Shown piece after piece: positions 33,657 through 45,031 of a stretch of 64,000 bases of DNA. How positions within the stretch are numbered: position 1 is the first letter of the stretch; the number at the start of each line of letters is the position of its first letter. Origin of the DNA: an uncultured Actinomycetes bacterium (GTDB lineage Bacteria; Actinomycetota; Thermoleophilia; Gaiellales; Gaiellaceae). The notes under the pieces were generated by a model. It made no database searches. It worked only from the letters and a program-made list of their open reading frames with translations, and was not told the origin of the DNA. Both the position numbers and the translations under genes were made by a program. The stretch is from NCBI GenBank assembly GCA_963849125.1, contig CAWKGI010000017.1, positions 5,932 through 69,931 of the forward strand, in the 5' to 3' direction.

Positions 33657-33766
33657 CAGCGGCTCCGACGGTCGGACGCGGCGGGGCCCGAGGTGCCCGC
33701 CCGTGCGACGCCGGCAGCGGGCGGAAGAGCACCGCCTGCCCGCACCGGGCCTAGACTCCGCGCCGG

Positions 33767-34786
33767 ATGCGCATCCTCCTCGTCTCGCAGATGTACCCGG
33801 GGCCGGACACGCCCGACCTCGGGGTGTTCGTGGCCTCGCTCGAGCGCGAGCTCGCCGCCCGGGGCCACGAGCTCGAGCGGGCCGTGGTCGACAGCCGCGG
33901 GCGGCGACTCCGACACCTCGAGCTCGCCCGGGACGTCGCACTCGGCGCGCGCAGGTTCCGGCCCGACGTCGTCTACGCGCACTTCCTCGTACCCGCCGGC
34001 GCGCTGGCAGCGCTCGCGGGACGTGCACCGCTCGTCGTGACGGCCCACGGCCAGGACGTGGCGAACGCTGGTCGGGCCGGGGTTCGGGAGGCGACGCGCT
34101 GGACGGTCCGTCGCGCCAGCGCGGTGATCGCGGTCTCCGGCTGGCTGCGCGACCGGCTCGTCGAGACGGTGCCCGAGGCCGCCGCAAAGACGACGGTGAT
34201 CGACTGCGGCGTCGATCTCGAGCGCTTCGCTCCCCGCGATGCCGCCGCCGCCCGGAGCCGTGTCGGCTGGGAGCCCGACGGGACGGCCTTCCTCTGCCTC
34301 GGCTCGCTCACCGAACGCAAGAACGTCCTGCGCCTGGCCCGGGCCTTCGAGGCGCGGGGGGAGGGCTCGCTCGTCTTCGTCGGCGACGGTCCTCTGCGCG
34401 CCGCGCTCGAGGGCCGCAGCGGGATCGAGCTCGCCGGGCGCGTCGCGCACGCGGCCGTGCCCGACTGGGTCTCGGCCGCCGACGTCGTGTGCCAGCCGAG
34501 CCTCGTCGAGCCCTTCGGCCTCGCGACGCTCGAGGCGATGGCCTCTGCGCGCACGGTCGTCGCCACGACCGTCGGTGGGCCACCCGAGTTCGTGCCTCCC
34601 GGCGCGGGCGTCCTCGTCGACCCGCTCGACGACGACGGCCTCGCGCGGGCGCTCACCGACGCCGCCGCTCTGCCCCACCCGAACCCGGCCGCCCGCGCGG
34701 CGGCCGAGCCACACGACGTCCGACTGCAGGCCGTGCGCATCGAGGAGATCCTCGTCCGGGCCGCGTCGGTCGCCGGCTCGGACTGA
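33767..34786 (+). CDS. glycosyltransferase family 4
   Basis: VTAHGQD, ERKN, EPFGLATLEAMA. Confidence 0.92.
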   Translation: MRILLVSQMYPGPDTPDLGVFVASLERELAARGHELERAVVDSRGRRLRHLELARDVALGARRFRPDVVYAHFLVPAGALAALAGRAPLVVTAHGQDVANAGRAGVREATRWTVRRASAVIAVSGWLRDRLVETVPEAAAKTTVIDCGVDLERFAPRDAAAARSRVGWEPDGTAFLCLGSLTERKNVLRLARAFEARGEGSLVFVGDGPLRAALEGRSGIELAGRVAHAAVPDWVSAADVVCQPSLVEPFGLATLEAMASARTVVATTVGGPPEFVPPGAGVLVDPLDDDGLARALTDAAALPHPNPAARAAAEPHDVRLQAVRIEEILVRAASVAGSD

Positions 34787-34810
34787 CGACAGCCGGCCTA
34801 CCGACGGCCG

Positions 34811-35020
34811 TCAGGCGGTGTCCGGCCGGGCCGCGAGATCGGCGAGCCTGAGCTCGACCAGCGGTCGGACCGCGTCCTCGATCCCGGCCTCGCGGGCGGC
34901 CTCGAGCGCCTGCTCGTAGCTCTCGCGCACCCGCTCCGGCGCGACGCCCTGCTTGAGCCTGTTGTCGCCGGTCACCAGCAGTCGCTGCACCCGGGCGCGT
35001 GCCTCGTCGCCTGCAGCCAC
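34811..35020 (-). CDS. small hypothetical protein
   Basis: 69-aa ORF with TACGCT -10 box upstream of GTG. Confidence 0.6.
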   Translation of the reverse strand: MAAGDEARARVQRLLVTGDNRLKQGVAPERVRESYEQALEAAREAGIEDAVRPLVELRLADLAARPDTA

Positions 35021-35057
35021 CCCACGAGCGTAGCGGGGCCGGTACCATGCCGCCGCG

Positions 35058-35277
35058 ATGATCGCCCTGTTCGCCGTCCTCCAGGTCCTGCTCGGATCCG
35101 CCCTCGTGGCGCTCGTGCTCATGCACTCCGGGCGTGACGCCGGATTCGGCGGCATCGGGTTCTCGCCGGCCTCGCAGGGCGGCACGCACATCGTCGAGCG
35201 GAACCTCACGCGGCTCACCGTCGCTCGTGGCCGTGCTCTTCGGCGCGAACACGGTGATCCTCTACCGCCTGCTCTGA
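35058..35277 (+). CDS. secG: preprotein translocase SecG, frameshifted
   Basis: LVLMHSGRDAGFGG...VERNLTRLT; followed by tRNA-Leu. Confidence 0.85.
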
Positions 35278-35299
35278 CGGGCTACACTGCGACGACCAC

Positions 35300-35384
35300 G
35301 CGCTGGTGGCGGAATTGGTAGACGCGCCAGGTTGAGGGCCTGGTGGCCATTGCGGTCGTGGAGGTTCAAGTCCTCTCCAGCGCA
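35300..35384 (+). tRNA. tRNA-Leu (GAG)
   Basis: GCGCTGG/CCAGCGC acceptor, CCAGG-TTGAGGG-CCTGG anticodon arm, long variable arm, GGTTCAAGTCC. Confidence 0.97.
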
Positions 35385-35387
35385 TGC

Positions 35388-35420
35388 AAGAGAAAGAGGC
35401 CCAGTGGGCCTCTTTCTCTT
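35388..35420. terminator. intrinsic (bidirectional-type) terminator
   Basis: AAGAGAAAGAGGCCC-AGT-GGGCCTCTTTCTCTT perfect hairpin. Confidence 0.85.
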
Positions 35421-35588
35421 CTGACCCGCCGGCTCTCCATCTCCGCCCACCGGCTGACGGGCGGGGCTTGCCGGGCCGCGTCCCTCGACGGCACGGCGAC
35501 CGATACCGACCGGTCTGCTCCCGCGACTGCGTACGGCCCATCGATGACGCCGTTGACGTCGTCCGGAAGGAGATCTACTCTGGGTGAA

Positions 35589-35600
35589 GAACACACGTTC
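35589..35600. promoter_or_regulatory. LexA (SOS) box
   Basis: GAAC-ACAC-GTTC upstream of lexA, flanked by TGGGTGA/TCACCCA. Confidence 0.9.
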
Positions 35601-35626
35601 GATCACCCAACCCAGGAGGCTCCACG

Positions 35627-36265
35627 GTGCAGGCCGAGACCGCGCTCACCGATCGACAGACCGAGATCTGGCAGTTCCTCGTCGAGTACGTCGACGGACA
35701 CGGCTACCCGCCGACCGTGCGCGAGATCGGCGAGCGCGTCGGGCTCGCGTCCCCCTCGACGGTGCACGCGCACCTTGCGACCCTCGAGCGCGTCGGGCTG
35801 ATCAAGCGCGACCCGACGAAGCCCCGTGCGATCGAGCTCACGGGCCATCGACGGGTCGACACGCGCACCGACGACGTCCCACGGCTCCCCTTGCTCGGAC
35901 GCGTCGCCGCCGGCGGGCCGCTGCTGGCCGAGGAGAACGTCGAGGACGTGATCGCCGTGCCCGAGCCGCTCGGTGCGGGAGCGGACTTCCTGCTCACGGT
36001 CACCGGTGACTCCATGGTCGACGCCGGCATCCTCGACGGCGACACGCTCGTCGTGCAACGACGCGACGAGGCCCGCAACGGCGACATCGTCGTCGCGCTC
36101 GCCGGCTCGGACGAGACCGCGGACGAGGCGACCGTCAAGACGTTCTACCGCGAGGCCGACGGCCGCATCCGACTGCAGCCCGAGAACGCGGCCCTGGAGC
36201 CCATCTACGCCGACCACGTGCAGGTCCTCGGCAAGGTCGTGGGGGTGTTCCGGAGCATCCGATGA
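35627..36265 (+). CDS. lexA: SOS repressor LexA
   Basis: GYPPTVREIG, VAAG cleavage site, GDSM, EATVKTF. Confidence 0.97.
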   Translation: MQAETALTDRQTEIWQFLVEYVDGHGYPPTVREIGERVGLASPSTVHAHLATLERVGLIKRDPTKPRAIELTGHRRVDTRTDDVPRLPLLGRVAAGGPLLAEENVEDVIAVPEPLGAGADFLLTVTGDSMVDAGILDGDTLVVQRRDEARNGDIVVALAGSDETADEATVKTFYREADGRIRLQPENAALEPIYADHVQVLGKVVGVFRSIR

Positions 36266-36471
36266 GCGCAGTGACCTCCCTTGCACGCACGCTCGACCAG
36301 GAGCTCCTGGCACTCAGCCGCGGGGCGAGCCTGGAGTGCCCGTGCTGCGGGGAGTTCGTGATGCGGCTGCGCGGCGTGCTCGCGTGCCCGGAGTGCCGAT
36401 CGATCCTCGCCGACGGCCGATCGATCCCCGAGATCGCGCTGCCGAGCGTCGACGCAGGGGCCTGCTCGTAG
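36262..36471 (+). CDS. small zinc-ribbon protein
   Basis: CPCCG...CPEC; ATGA overlap with lexA stop. Confidence 0.6.
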   Translation: MSAVTSLARTLDQELLALSRGASLECPCCGEFVMRLRGVLACPECRSILADGRSIPEIALPSVDAGACS

Positions 36472-36541
36472 GGTTACGCGTCACCGTTCCCGCGCGCCTG
36501 ACAGTCGAGCCCGCGGCAGAGCACCGACTCACGCCGGGCCG

Positions 36542-36964
36542 CTAGCCGCCCGCGAGCGCCGCGCTGATCTGCTCGATCGCCGCCGCCTCCTGCTCCTCGA
36601 CGCCGCCCTTCGCCTCGGCGACCGCGTGGGCCACCTCGAGCACGAACCCGCGGTAGGCCTCCAGCTCGTCCGGAGCCTTGGCCCCGAGCGTCACGACTGC
36701 TGCATGGAGCGCGTCCATCGTGCCCTGCTGCACCTCGGTCGGCGAGGCGACGAGTCCGAACCCGCTCGTGTGCGTGCCGGCGAGCTCACGGACGAGCTGA
36801 CTGGGGCTGTCGCGGTGCCCGGCGAGCTGCTTGGCGATGGCGCTGGCCTCGCCGAAGCTGTCGGTGAAGTCCCGGTGGGCGGTCGAGACGAGCATCCCCG
36901 AGCCGGTCACGCCCTGCTGGAGCGCCTTCCACTCGTCCTCCGTGAAGTCCGCCTTGCCTGCCAT
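36542..36964 (-). CDS. hypothetical protein (TerB-like helical)
   Basis: MAGKADFTEDEW...VAEAKGGVEEQEAAAIEQI; GGAGGAG RBS. Confidence 0.75.
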   Translation of the reverse strand: MAGKADFTEDEWKALQQGVTGSGMLVSTAHRDFTDSFGEASAIAKQLAGHRDSPSQLVRELAGTHTSGFGLVASPTEVQQGTMDALHAAVVTLGAKAPDELEAYRGFVLEVAHAVAEAKGGVEEQEAAAIEQISAALAGG

Positions 36965-37059
36965 CTCTCCTCCTCGACCGTGGGTGCCTGGTTGCGCCCG
37001 GAGGTCCCGCACGCCCACTCGCGTCCGATGCTCCGCGCCTGCCCGGTACCGTAGACGCC

Positions 37060-37395
<336 letters not shown>

Positions 37396-37478
37396 TACCG
37401 ATCGGGCCCCGCAAGGGGCCCGATCCACGTCCGGGGGGATGCCGAGCGCTCTGGCGGACGTCCGTCCGGCGCGTCGGC

Positions 37479-38861
37479 TCAGGCGGCGCGGAGGACGATC
37501 TCGATCGCGGTTCCCTCGTCGGCAGACGAACGGAGGGTGAAGCCACCGTCGATCGCTGCCGCGCGGCGGCGCATGCTCTTCAGGCCCTGACCCGCGCCGG
37601 CCGGTCTCGACCTCGAAGCCGACGCCGTCGTCCCTGACCGAGACGACCCGCCGGCCCGCTCGCCAGCCGATCCGCACCCACGCACGGCGGGCGTCGGCGT
37701 GGCGTCGGGCGTTGGCGAGACCTTCCTGGACGATCCGGAACACCTCGATCTGCTCGTCGGGCGCCAGGCGCACCGCGCCGTCGATCTCGAGCTCGACGTC
37801 GAGCGCGCCGTCAGCGGTCAGCACCTCGACGTACCGGCGCAGGGCCGCGTCGAACGGAGCCGTGCCGCTTGCGGAGGAGAGGGCGAGCACCGCGTACCGC
37901 GCCTCCTGCTGCGCCGCAACGGCCGCCTGCTTGAGCTTGGGGAGCGTCGTCTCCAGCGCCGCGCCGCTCTCGAGCATCGTCACGTGCGTCGAGATCGCGA
38001 AGAGGTACTGCGCGAGACCGTCGTGGATGTCCTGGGCGACCCGGGAGCGCTCGTCTGCGACGGCGCGTCCGAACTCCGCCTCGCTGATCGCGCGCCAGAC
38101 GCCGACGAGCAGCACGCCGTAGGCGAGCGAGGCGGAGGAAGTCCCCCTGTAGGAGGTCACGGCTCGTCGTCACCGGCACGAGGACGTAGTGGAGGTCGGA
38201 GAACAGGATCAGGGTGAGGGTCGGCACGAGCCAGCTGTCGAGGTCACTACCGTGAGCGGCGGTAGCGAAGACCGAAGCCGACCGCAGCGACGACGGCGAG
38301 CGAGGCCTGCACGGCGTAGGCCGTCGCGAGCCCGGTGGTCGCAGCGCCGACCCCGTTCTCCGCGACGCCCCCGACGTCGAGTGACCGGGCGAGGAACCAC
38401 ATCACGGCGAGCAGCGCCAGCGAGCCGACCACGACCGCCAGGAGGATCGGTCGCCTGGTCGAGACCCGCCTCCCGATGAACGGGGCGACTGCGAGGAGCC
38501 CCGTCGCGACGAGCCCCGAAGCGACCCATGCCCATTCCTCCCAGGGGCTCGGCCGACCGCCGTCGAGAGACGGCGCCACGTCGAAGAGGACGGCGCCGAC
38601 CGCCGACGTCACGAACGCGCCACAGAGCAACGCGTCCATGAGGCGCCCCTCGACGAGGAACCGGATCCCGGTCAGCACGGCGACGATCGCAGCGACGACT
38701 GCGACCGCCGTGCCGAGCGCCAGTCGCGATTCCGGATGGGGGTATCCGCCCAGCCGTCCCGTCAGGAGCAGCGTGAACGTGCCGAGCGAGAGGACGAGGA
38801 CGAGCACGAGCTCGCCGATCAGCCAGGAGCGGTAGGAGTCGGGTCGTGCAGGCGGATTCAC
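37479..38861 (-). CDS. membrane sensor histidine kinase (HisKA_3), frameshifted
   Basis: multi-TM N-terminus, ERSRVAQDIHDGLAQ, RIVQEGLANARRH, DDGVGF. Confidence 0.9.
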
Positions 38862-38868
38862 TTCCCTC

Positions 38869-38896
38869 TCATCGGCAGCGCCATCGCTGCCGATAA
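38869..38896. promoter_or_regulatory. palindromic back-to-back sigma28/WhiG-type -10 elements
   Basis: TCATCGGCAGCG-CCAT-CGCTGCCGATAA; each GCCGAT(A/G)A lies 7 nt from a GTG start. Confidence 0.65.
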
Positions 38897-38903
38897 GACA
38901 CCT

Positions 38904-39546
38904 GTGGCAGAGCGCATCCTCGTCGTCGACGACCATCCCCTGACCAGGGAGGCCCTCGCCTCCCTGCTCGAGCAGCACGGCTTCGAGATCGTCGGCCAGG
39001 CGAGCGACGGTGAGGAGGCGATCGAGCTCGCCGGGGCGGAGCAGCCCGATCTCGTCCTCCTCGACCTGACGATGCCGGGCATGGACGGGCTGACAGCGCT
39101 GCCGTTGATCCGTGAGGCGGCGCCCGCTCACTGCGGTCGTGGTGCTCACTGCGTCGGGCACCGAGGAGAACCTGCTCGCCGCCATTCGCGCGGGTGCGGC
39201 CGGCTATCTGCTGAAGAGCGAGCCCCCCGAGCGCATCGCGGAGTTCCTCCGCGGCGTCGCGCACGGCGAGGCGGCGCTGTCGGGCAGCGTCGCCCGGAGC
39301 CTCCTCGAGCGCGTTCGTGACGGAGGCCGGATGGGTGGGGTCCCCGAGGACGTCGCCGCCGTGCTCTCGGCCCGCGAGGTCGAGGTGCTCCTCCTGCTCG
39401 ACGAGCACCTCTCGACCGAGGAGATCGCCGCCCGCCTCTTCATCTCCGAGCACACCGTGCGCTCGCACGTGAAGAGCCTCCTCCGCAAGCTCGGCGTCTC
39501 GTCACGCCGCGAGGCGCTCGAGCGCCTCGCCGGCTCCCCCGCCTGA
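38904..39546 (+). CDS. NarL/LuxR response regulator, frameshifted
   Basis: VVDDHP, LLDLTMPGMDG, GYLLK, LSAREVEVL...ISEHTVRSHV. Confidence 0.93.
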
Positions 39547-39622
39547 TCACTCAGCCGAGGTGAGCAGATCCGTCCTGCCGGGGCGATACCGCTGCGCGGC
39601 CGCGATGGCCGATGATCCATCT

Positions 39623-39700
39623 ACCAACGCTCCCGCCGCAGGGGCAAGCGTGGGTGGGACAGACGCGAGACGGCCGGGCCGCACCCCGGCCGTCTCAGTG
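39623..39700 (+). ncRNA. putative small RNA
   Basis: GCCGATGA -10 at 39608, no plausible gene, two hairpins including 12-bp GAGACGGCCGGG/CCCGGCCGTCTC. Confidence 0.35.
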
Positions 39701-39806
39701 CTGGGGGACCTGCCGGACCCGTCGGTCGCGTTGAATGGGTGCCCCGCCTCCGGCGGGACACCAGACCCGGACGCAGACGCCGGCACCATGCGCACTGCAG
39801 GGTCAG

Positions 39807-40695
39807 TCAGACCGACGGCTGGCGGCCGGATGCCGGCTCCGCGGAGGCGAAGCCGCCGAGGGTCGCGGCGACGAGACCGGGGAGCGTCCGCACGTTGTAG
39901 CCGCCCTCGAGCACCGCGCACACGCGTGGCGCGAGCGAGGCGCACCGGGTGGCAAGCTCGCTGAACCCGTCGGCGGTCAGCGCGAGCCCCGCGATCGGAT
40001 CGTCCACGTGCGCGTCGAAGCCTGCCGAGACGATCACGAGGTCGGGAGCGAAGGCGACGACCGCCGGCATGACGACCGTGTCGAAGATCTCGAGGTACTC
40101 CCTGTCACCCGGTCCCGGCAGGGAGCGGCACGTTGAGGCTCGTCGGGTCGCCGGTCCCCGGCCCACCCGTCCCGGGATAGAAGGGCCACTGGTGGAGTGA
40201 GGCGACGAAAACCGAGTCGTCTCCGCGAAAGATCGCCTCCGTGCCGTTCCCGTGGTGGACGTCCCAGTCCACGATCGCGACTCGCTCGACGCCGAGCGCA
40301 TCCTGGGCGTGCCGGGCGGCGACCGCGACGTTCCCGAAGACGCAGAACCCCATCGCGCGGTCGTGGAGGGCGTGATGTCCGGGAGGGCGCACCAGAGCGA
40401 ACCCGTCGGACTCGACCGCCGCGATCGCGCATCCCGCGGCAAGCCGAGCCGCCTCCCACGTCGTCGGCCCACCGAGCGTGTCTCCGTCCAGCCACTCCTC
40501 CTCCCTGAGACCCACGACCCGCTCGACGTACGCCACGTCGTGCACCCGCTCGATCTGCGTGCGGCTCGCCGGGCCCGCCGTTCGGATCGGACCGAGCGCG
40601 TCGTGGAGTGCAGTGAGCCGATCCTGCCGCTCGGGGTGGTGGTGGTGGCTCGTCGGATGGAGGTGCCCGAGCGCCGGGTGGGAGATCAGCTCCAC
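39807..40695 (-). CDS. histone deacetylase family protein, frameshifted
   Basis: [35 protein letters not shown]. Confidence 0.95.
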
Positions 40696-41522
40696 GCGCC
40701 CTCCTCGAGCCGCTGCGCGAGCCGGGTCAGGCCGAGCGAGCGGGCCTGCTCCGCGGCCGCCACCTGATCGAGCGGACGGTCAGGCAGCGGTGGAAGCTCG
40801 AGGGTCGGATCGAGCGTCGCGACGTGACGGTACGTCCGCAGCGCATCCGCCTCCGAGCCGAACCGCCCACCCTCGAGCAGCCCCTCGAGCGTCGTCCCGT
40901 CGCCGAGGAGCGCCGCCGCCGTCTTGGCTCCCACCCCACGCGCCCCGGGGATCTTGTCGGACGGGTCACCGCGGAGCGCGATGAAGTCCGGGACGCGCTC
41001 CGGGTCGACGCCGTAGCGCTCGCGCACCTCGGCCGGCCCGATGCGCGCCAGCTCCGTGACGCCGCGCTGAGGCTGGAGGATCGTCACGTCCGATGCTGCC
41101 AGCTGGAACGCATCGCGGTCGGACGTCGCGACGAGCGTGCGGCCGCCGCGGACGCGCTCCGCCAGCACCGCCGCGGCGAGCACGTCGTCGGCCTCGAAGC
41201 CCGGCGTCTTGACGCAGACGGCCCCCGCGGCGGCGAGCAGCGACGGTGCGAGGTCGAGCTGCTCGACGAGCTCGGGATCGAACTCACGGCCGCTCTGGTA
41301 GCCGGGAAGGAGCTCGTTGCGGTAGGTCGGGTGGCCGAGCACGTCCCACCCGATCACGACCGCGCGCGGCTGCTCGGCGAGCCAGAGCCGTACGACCATC
41401 GACGTCAGCCCGGTGAGCAGGTTCCCGGGGCGGCCGTCGGCGCGACGGATCGAGCGTGGGAGCGCGTGAAAGGCGCGGTGCGCGAAGGAGTCGCCGTCGA
41501 TCGCCAGGAGCGGCGCGGTCAC
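40686..41522 (-). CDS. 5'-3' exonuclease (PolI N-terminal-like)
   Basis: [43 protein letters not shown]. Confidence 0.93.
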   Translation of the reverse strand: MTAPLLAIDGDSFAHRAFHALPRSIRRADGRPGNLLTGLTSMVVRLWLAEQPRAVVIGWDVLGHPTYRNELLPGYQSGREFDPELVEQLDLAPSLLAAAGAVCVKTPGFEADDVLAAAVLAERVRGGRTLVATSDRDAFQLAASDVTILQPQRGVTELARIGPAEVRERYGVDPERVPDFIALRGDPSDKIPGARGVGAKTAAALLGDGTTLEGLLEGGRFGSEADALRTYRHVATLDPTLELPPLPDRPLDQVAAAEQARSLGLTRLAQRLEEGAWS

Positions 41523-42154
41523 CGCAGCGACGCCTCCAGCCCCAGGATCGCCTCCTGCAGCCGTGTCGTCGCCTCACCGGACGCGTCCGGCGCGAGCGCT
41601 CCGTCCGTCACGAGGTCGTCGAGCGCGACGGGAGGCCCGTACGCGACCCGAAGTGGGCCGAGTCGCGACAGGCGATCCGTCCCGGAGATCCCCGCGGGAA
41701 CGAGCGGGACGCCGGCCTCGAGGGCGATCCTCGCCGCTCCGCTCCGCCAGCGCGCCTCGCGCTTCTTGCGGAGACCCTTCGAGCGGCGCGTCCCCTCGGG
41801 GAACATCACGACCACGTTGCCGGAGCGCGCCAGCTCGACCGCCGTAGCGATCGCCTCGTCGTCCCGCTGGCCTCGGCGCACGGGAAACGCGCCGGCAGAG
41901 GAGAGGATCGTGCCCAGAGGGAACCAGAACAGCTCCGACTTCGCCATGAACCGCAGATGCCTCCGCGGGAAGAGCGGAAGCCCGAGCGGCCACGGGTCGA
42001 AGTTCGAGAGATGGGTCGCCGCGAGCACGTAGCCGCCTGTGCGGGGGAGGTTCTCGGTGCCGCGCGCGCGGGCCCGGAAGACGACCTTGAGCACGGGCCA
42101 GCTGAGGACGCCGACGAAGAGGTAGACCAGGTTGGGCCTGGGCGGTGAGGCCAT
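41519..42154 (-). CDS. plsC: lysophospholipid acyltransferase
   Basis: HLSNFD, FMAKSELF, FPEGTR. Confidence 0.88.
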   Translation of the reverse strand: MASPPRPNLVYLFVGVLSWPVLKVVFRARARGTENLPRTGGYVLAATHLSNFDPWPLGLPLFPRRHLRFMAKSELFWFPLGTILSSAGAFPVRRGQRDDEAIATAVELARSGNVVVMFPEGTRRSKGLRKKREARWRSGAARIALEAGVPLVPAGISGTDRLSRLGPLRVAYGPPVALDDLVTDGALAPDASGEATTRLQEAILGLEASLR

Positions 42155-42222
42155 GGTGAGCCAGGATACGTCCACCCGGAGGGGTTGCGCCGTTTGACAG
42201 CCCCGCTACGGTGTGCCGCGTC

Positions 42223-44793
42223 ATGGGCCGTCGCCTCGTCATCGTCGAATCGCCTGCCAAGGCCAGGACCATCGCCGGCTATCTCGGCGACGGGTTCTCC
42301 GTGGAGTCGAGCATCGGCCACATCCGCGACCTGCCGAGCCGGGCGTCCGAGATCCCGAAGGAGGATCGTGCGCGCTACGGCACGCTCGGCGTCGACATCG
42401 AGGGCGGGTTCGAGCCCTACTACATCGTCGACGCCGACAAGAAGCGCGTGGTCACCGACCTGCGCAAGAAGCTCGCGGACGCCGACGAGCTCCTGCTCGC
42501 GACGGATGAGGATCGCGAGGGCGAGGCGATCGCCTGGCACCTGCTGCAGGTGCTGAAGCCCAAGAAGGGCGTCGTCGTCCGCCGCATGGTCTTCCACGAG
42601 ATCACGAAGGATGCGATCAAGCGCGCGCTCGAGGAGACCCGCGAGATCGACGAGCACCTCGTCGACGCCCAGGAGACCCGCCGCGTCCTCGACCGCCTCT
42701 ACGGGTTCGAGGTCTCGCCCGTCCTCTGGAAGAAGGTCATGCCGCGCCTCTCCGCGGGTCGCGTCCAGTCGGTCGCGACGCGCCTCGTGGTCGAGCGGGA
42801 GCGCGAGCGGATGGCGTTCGTCGCGGCCTCGTACTGGGACGTCGTCGGCACGTTCGATCCGGGCGGGTTCGAGGCCACGGCTGGTCGCGCTCGACGGCAC
42901 GAGGGTCGCGCAGGGGCGTGACTTCGGCGCCGACGGCCGCGCGAAGGCGGAGGTCGTCGTGCTCGACGAGGCCCGCGCCCACGCCCTGGCCGAGGCGCTG
43001 ACCGGCAGGCCGTTCACGGTTCGCTCGGTCGAGGAGAAGCCGTACACCCGGCGGCCGGCCGCGCCGTTCATGACCTCGACGCTGCAGCAGGAGGCGAGCC
43101 GCAAGCTCCGCTTCTCGTCCCAGACGACGATGCGCGTGGCCCAGCGGCTCTACGAGAACGGCTACATCACCTACATGCGCACCGACTCGACGACGCTGTC
43201 CGAGCTCGCGCTGACCGCGGCCCGCAGCCAGGCCGCCGAGCTGTACGGCGCGGAGACGGTGCCCGCCGAGCCGCGACGGTACGAGCGCAAGGTCAAGAAC
43301 GCCCAGGAGGCGCACGAGGCGATCCGCCCGGCGGGTGACACGTTCCGGCTCGCCGCAGCGAGCTCGCGCGCGAGCTCTCACGTGACGAGCTCGCGCTCTA
43401 CGACCTCGTCTGGAAGCGCACGATCGCCTCGCAGATGAAGGACGCGTCACGGCCAGACCGTCTCGATCCGCATCGGCGCCGACCGCGACGACCGGCGAGG
43501 ACGCGGAGCTCTCGACCGTCCGGCACCGTGATCACCTTCCCGGGCTTCCTCAAGGCCTACGAGGAGGGCCGCGACGACCCCTCGGAGCAGGACGAGGAGC
43601 GGCGGCTCCCGCAGCTCCAGGTCGGCCAGGCGGTCGAGGCGCTCGACGCTCGAGGCCGACGGCCACGAGACGAGCCCTCCTGCGCGCTACACCGAGGCGA
43701 GCCTCGTGAAGGCGCTCGAGGACAGGGGCATCGGCCGTCCGTCGACGTACGCGTCGATCATGGGCACGATCCTCGATCGCGGGTACGTCTTCAAGAAGGG
43801 CACGGCGCTCGTCCCGACGTTCCTCGCGTTCGCGGTCACGAAGCTGCTCGAGCAGCACTTCGGACGGCTCGTCGACTACGACTTCACCGCCCGGATGGAG
43901 GACGACCTCGACCGCATCGCCGCGGGCGACGAGAGCCGCGTCGACTGGCTGAGCCGGTTCTGGAACGGTGTCGGCGACGAGCCCGGCCTCCACGCGCTCG
44001 TCACCGACCAGCTCGACGAGATCGAGGCCCGGGAGATCAACTCGATCGAGATCCCGCGCACCGACGTCGTCGTGCGCGTCGGCCGGTACGGCCCGTACAT
44101 CGAGCGGGGCGAGACCCGCGTGAGCGTGCCCGAGGACATCGCGCCCGACGAGCTCACGGCCGAGCTCGTCGAGGAGCTGCTCTCCCGGCCATCCGGCGAG
44201 CGCGAGCTCGGGAACGCATCCGGACACGGGCCGCCAGATCGTCGCGAAGGACGGCCGCTACGGCCCCTACGTGACCGAGGTCCTCCCCGAGGGGGACGAC
44301 GCGAAGCCGCGCACCGCGTCGCTGTTCAAGACGATGGCGCTCGACACGATCACGCTCGACGACGCGGTGAGGCTGCTGACCCTGCCCCGGACGCTCGAGA
44401 GCCCCGACGGCCAGGAGATCGTGGTCGCGAACGGCCGCTACGGGCCCTTCGTGAAGATGGGGAGCCGAGACGAGGTCGCTCGAGAGCGAGGAGCAGCTCC
44501 TCACGCTCACGGTCGAGGAGGCGCTCACGGTGCTCGCGAAGCCGAAGGAACGGCGCGGCCGCGGGGCGCCGAAGCCGCCGCTCAAGGAGCTCGGCCCCGA
44601 CCCGGGCAGCGGCAAGCCGCTCGTGGTGAAGGACGGCCGGTTCGGCCCGTACGTGACCGACGGCGAGACCAACGCGAGCCTGCGCCGGGGCGACGACGTC
44701 GAGGGGCTCACGCTGGAGCGGGCGCTCGAGCTGCTCGCAGAGCGGCGCGCGAAGGGGCCGTCGACTCCGCGCAAGCGCTCGTCGCGACGATAG
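42223..44793 (+). CDS. topA: DNA topoisomerase I, frameshifted
   Basis: [45 protein letters not shown]-terminal GRYGPY repeats. Confidence 0.97.
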
Positions 44794-45031
44794 GGCGGGT
44801 TCGAGTCCGAAGCAGTTGCTAGGGTCCCCCGTCCACCGGCTCGCCAGGCCGGATCGCCGCTGCACCGGGTGCACCCGGGTCGCTCGCTTCCACGGAATAC
44901 GAGACCCCGGCCGCTCGTTGCGGGCTTGTGACACGCCGTTTCCCACACCGACCCCTGGAATCGCGGGGAATTCCCCTTAGAGTCCGGAGAGATCGTGCTC
45001 CACCGACCGAATCGAAGGGACTGACACCGGC

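Noticed and set aside
44795..44812. GGGTTCGAGTCC tRNA T-arm-like fragment after topA
   Set aside because: No acceptor or anticodon arm and no partner repeat
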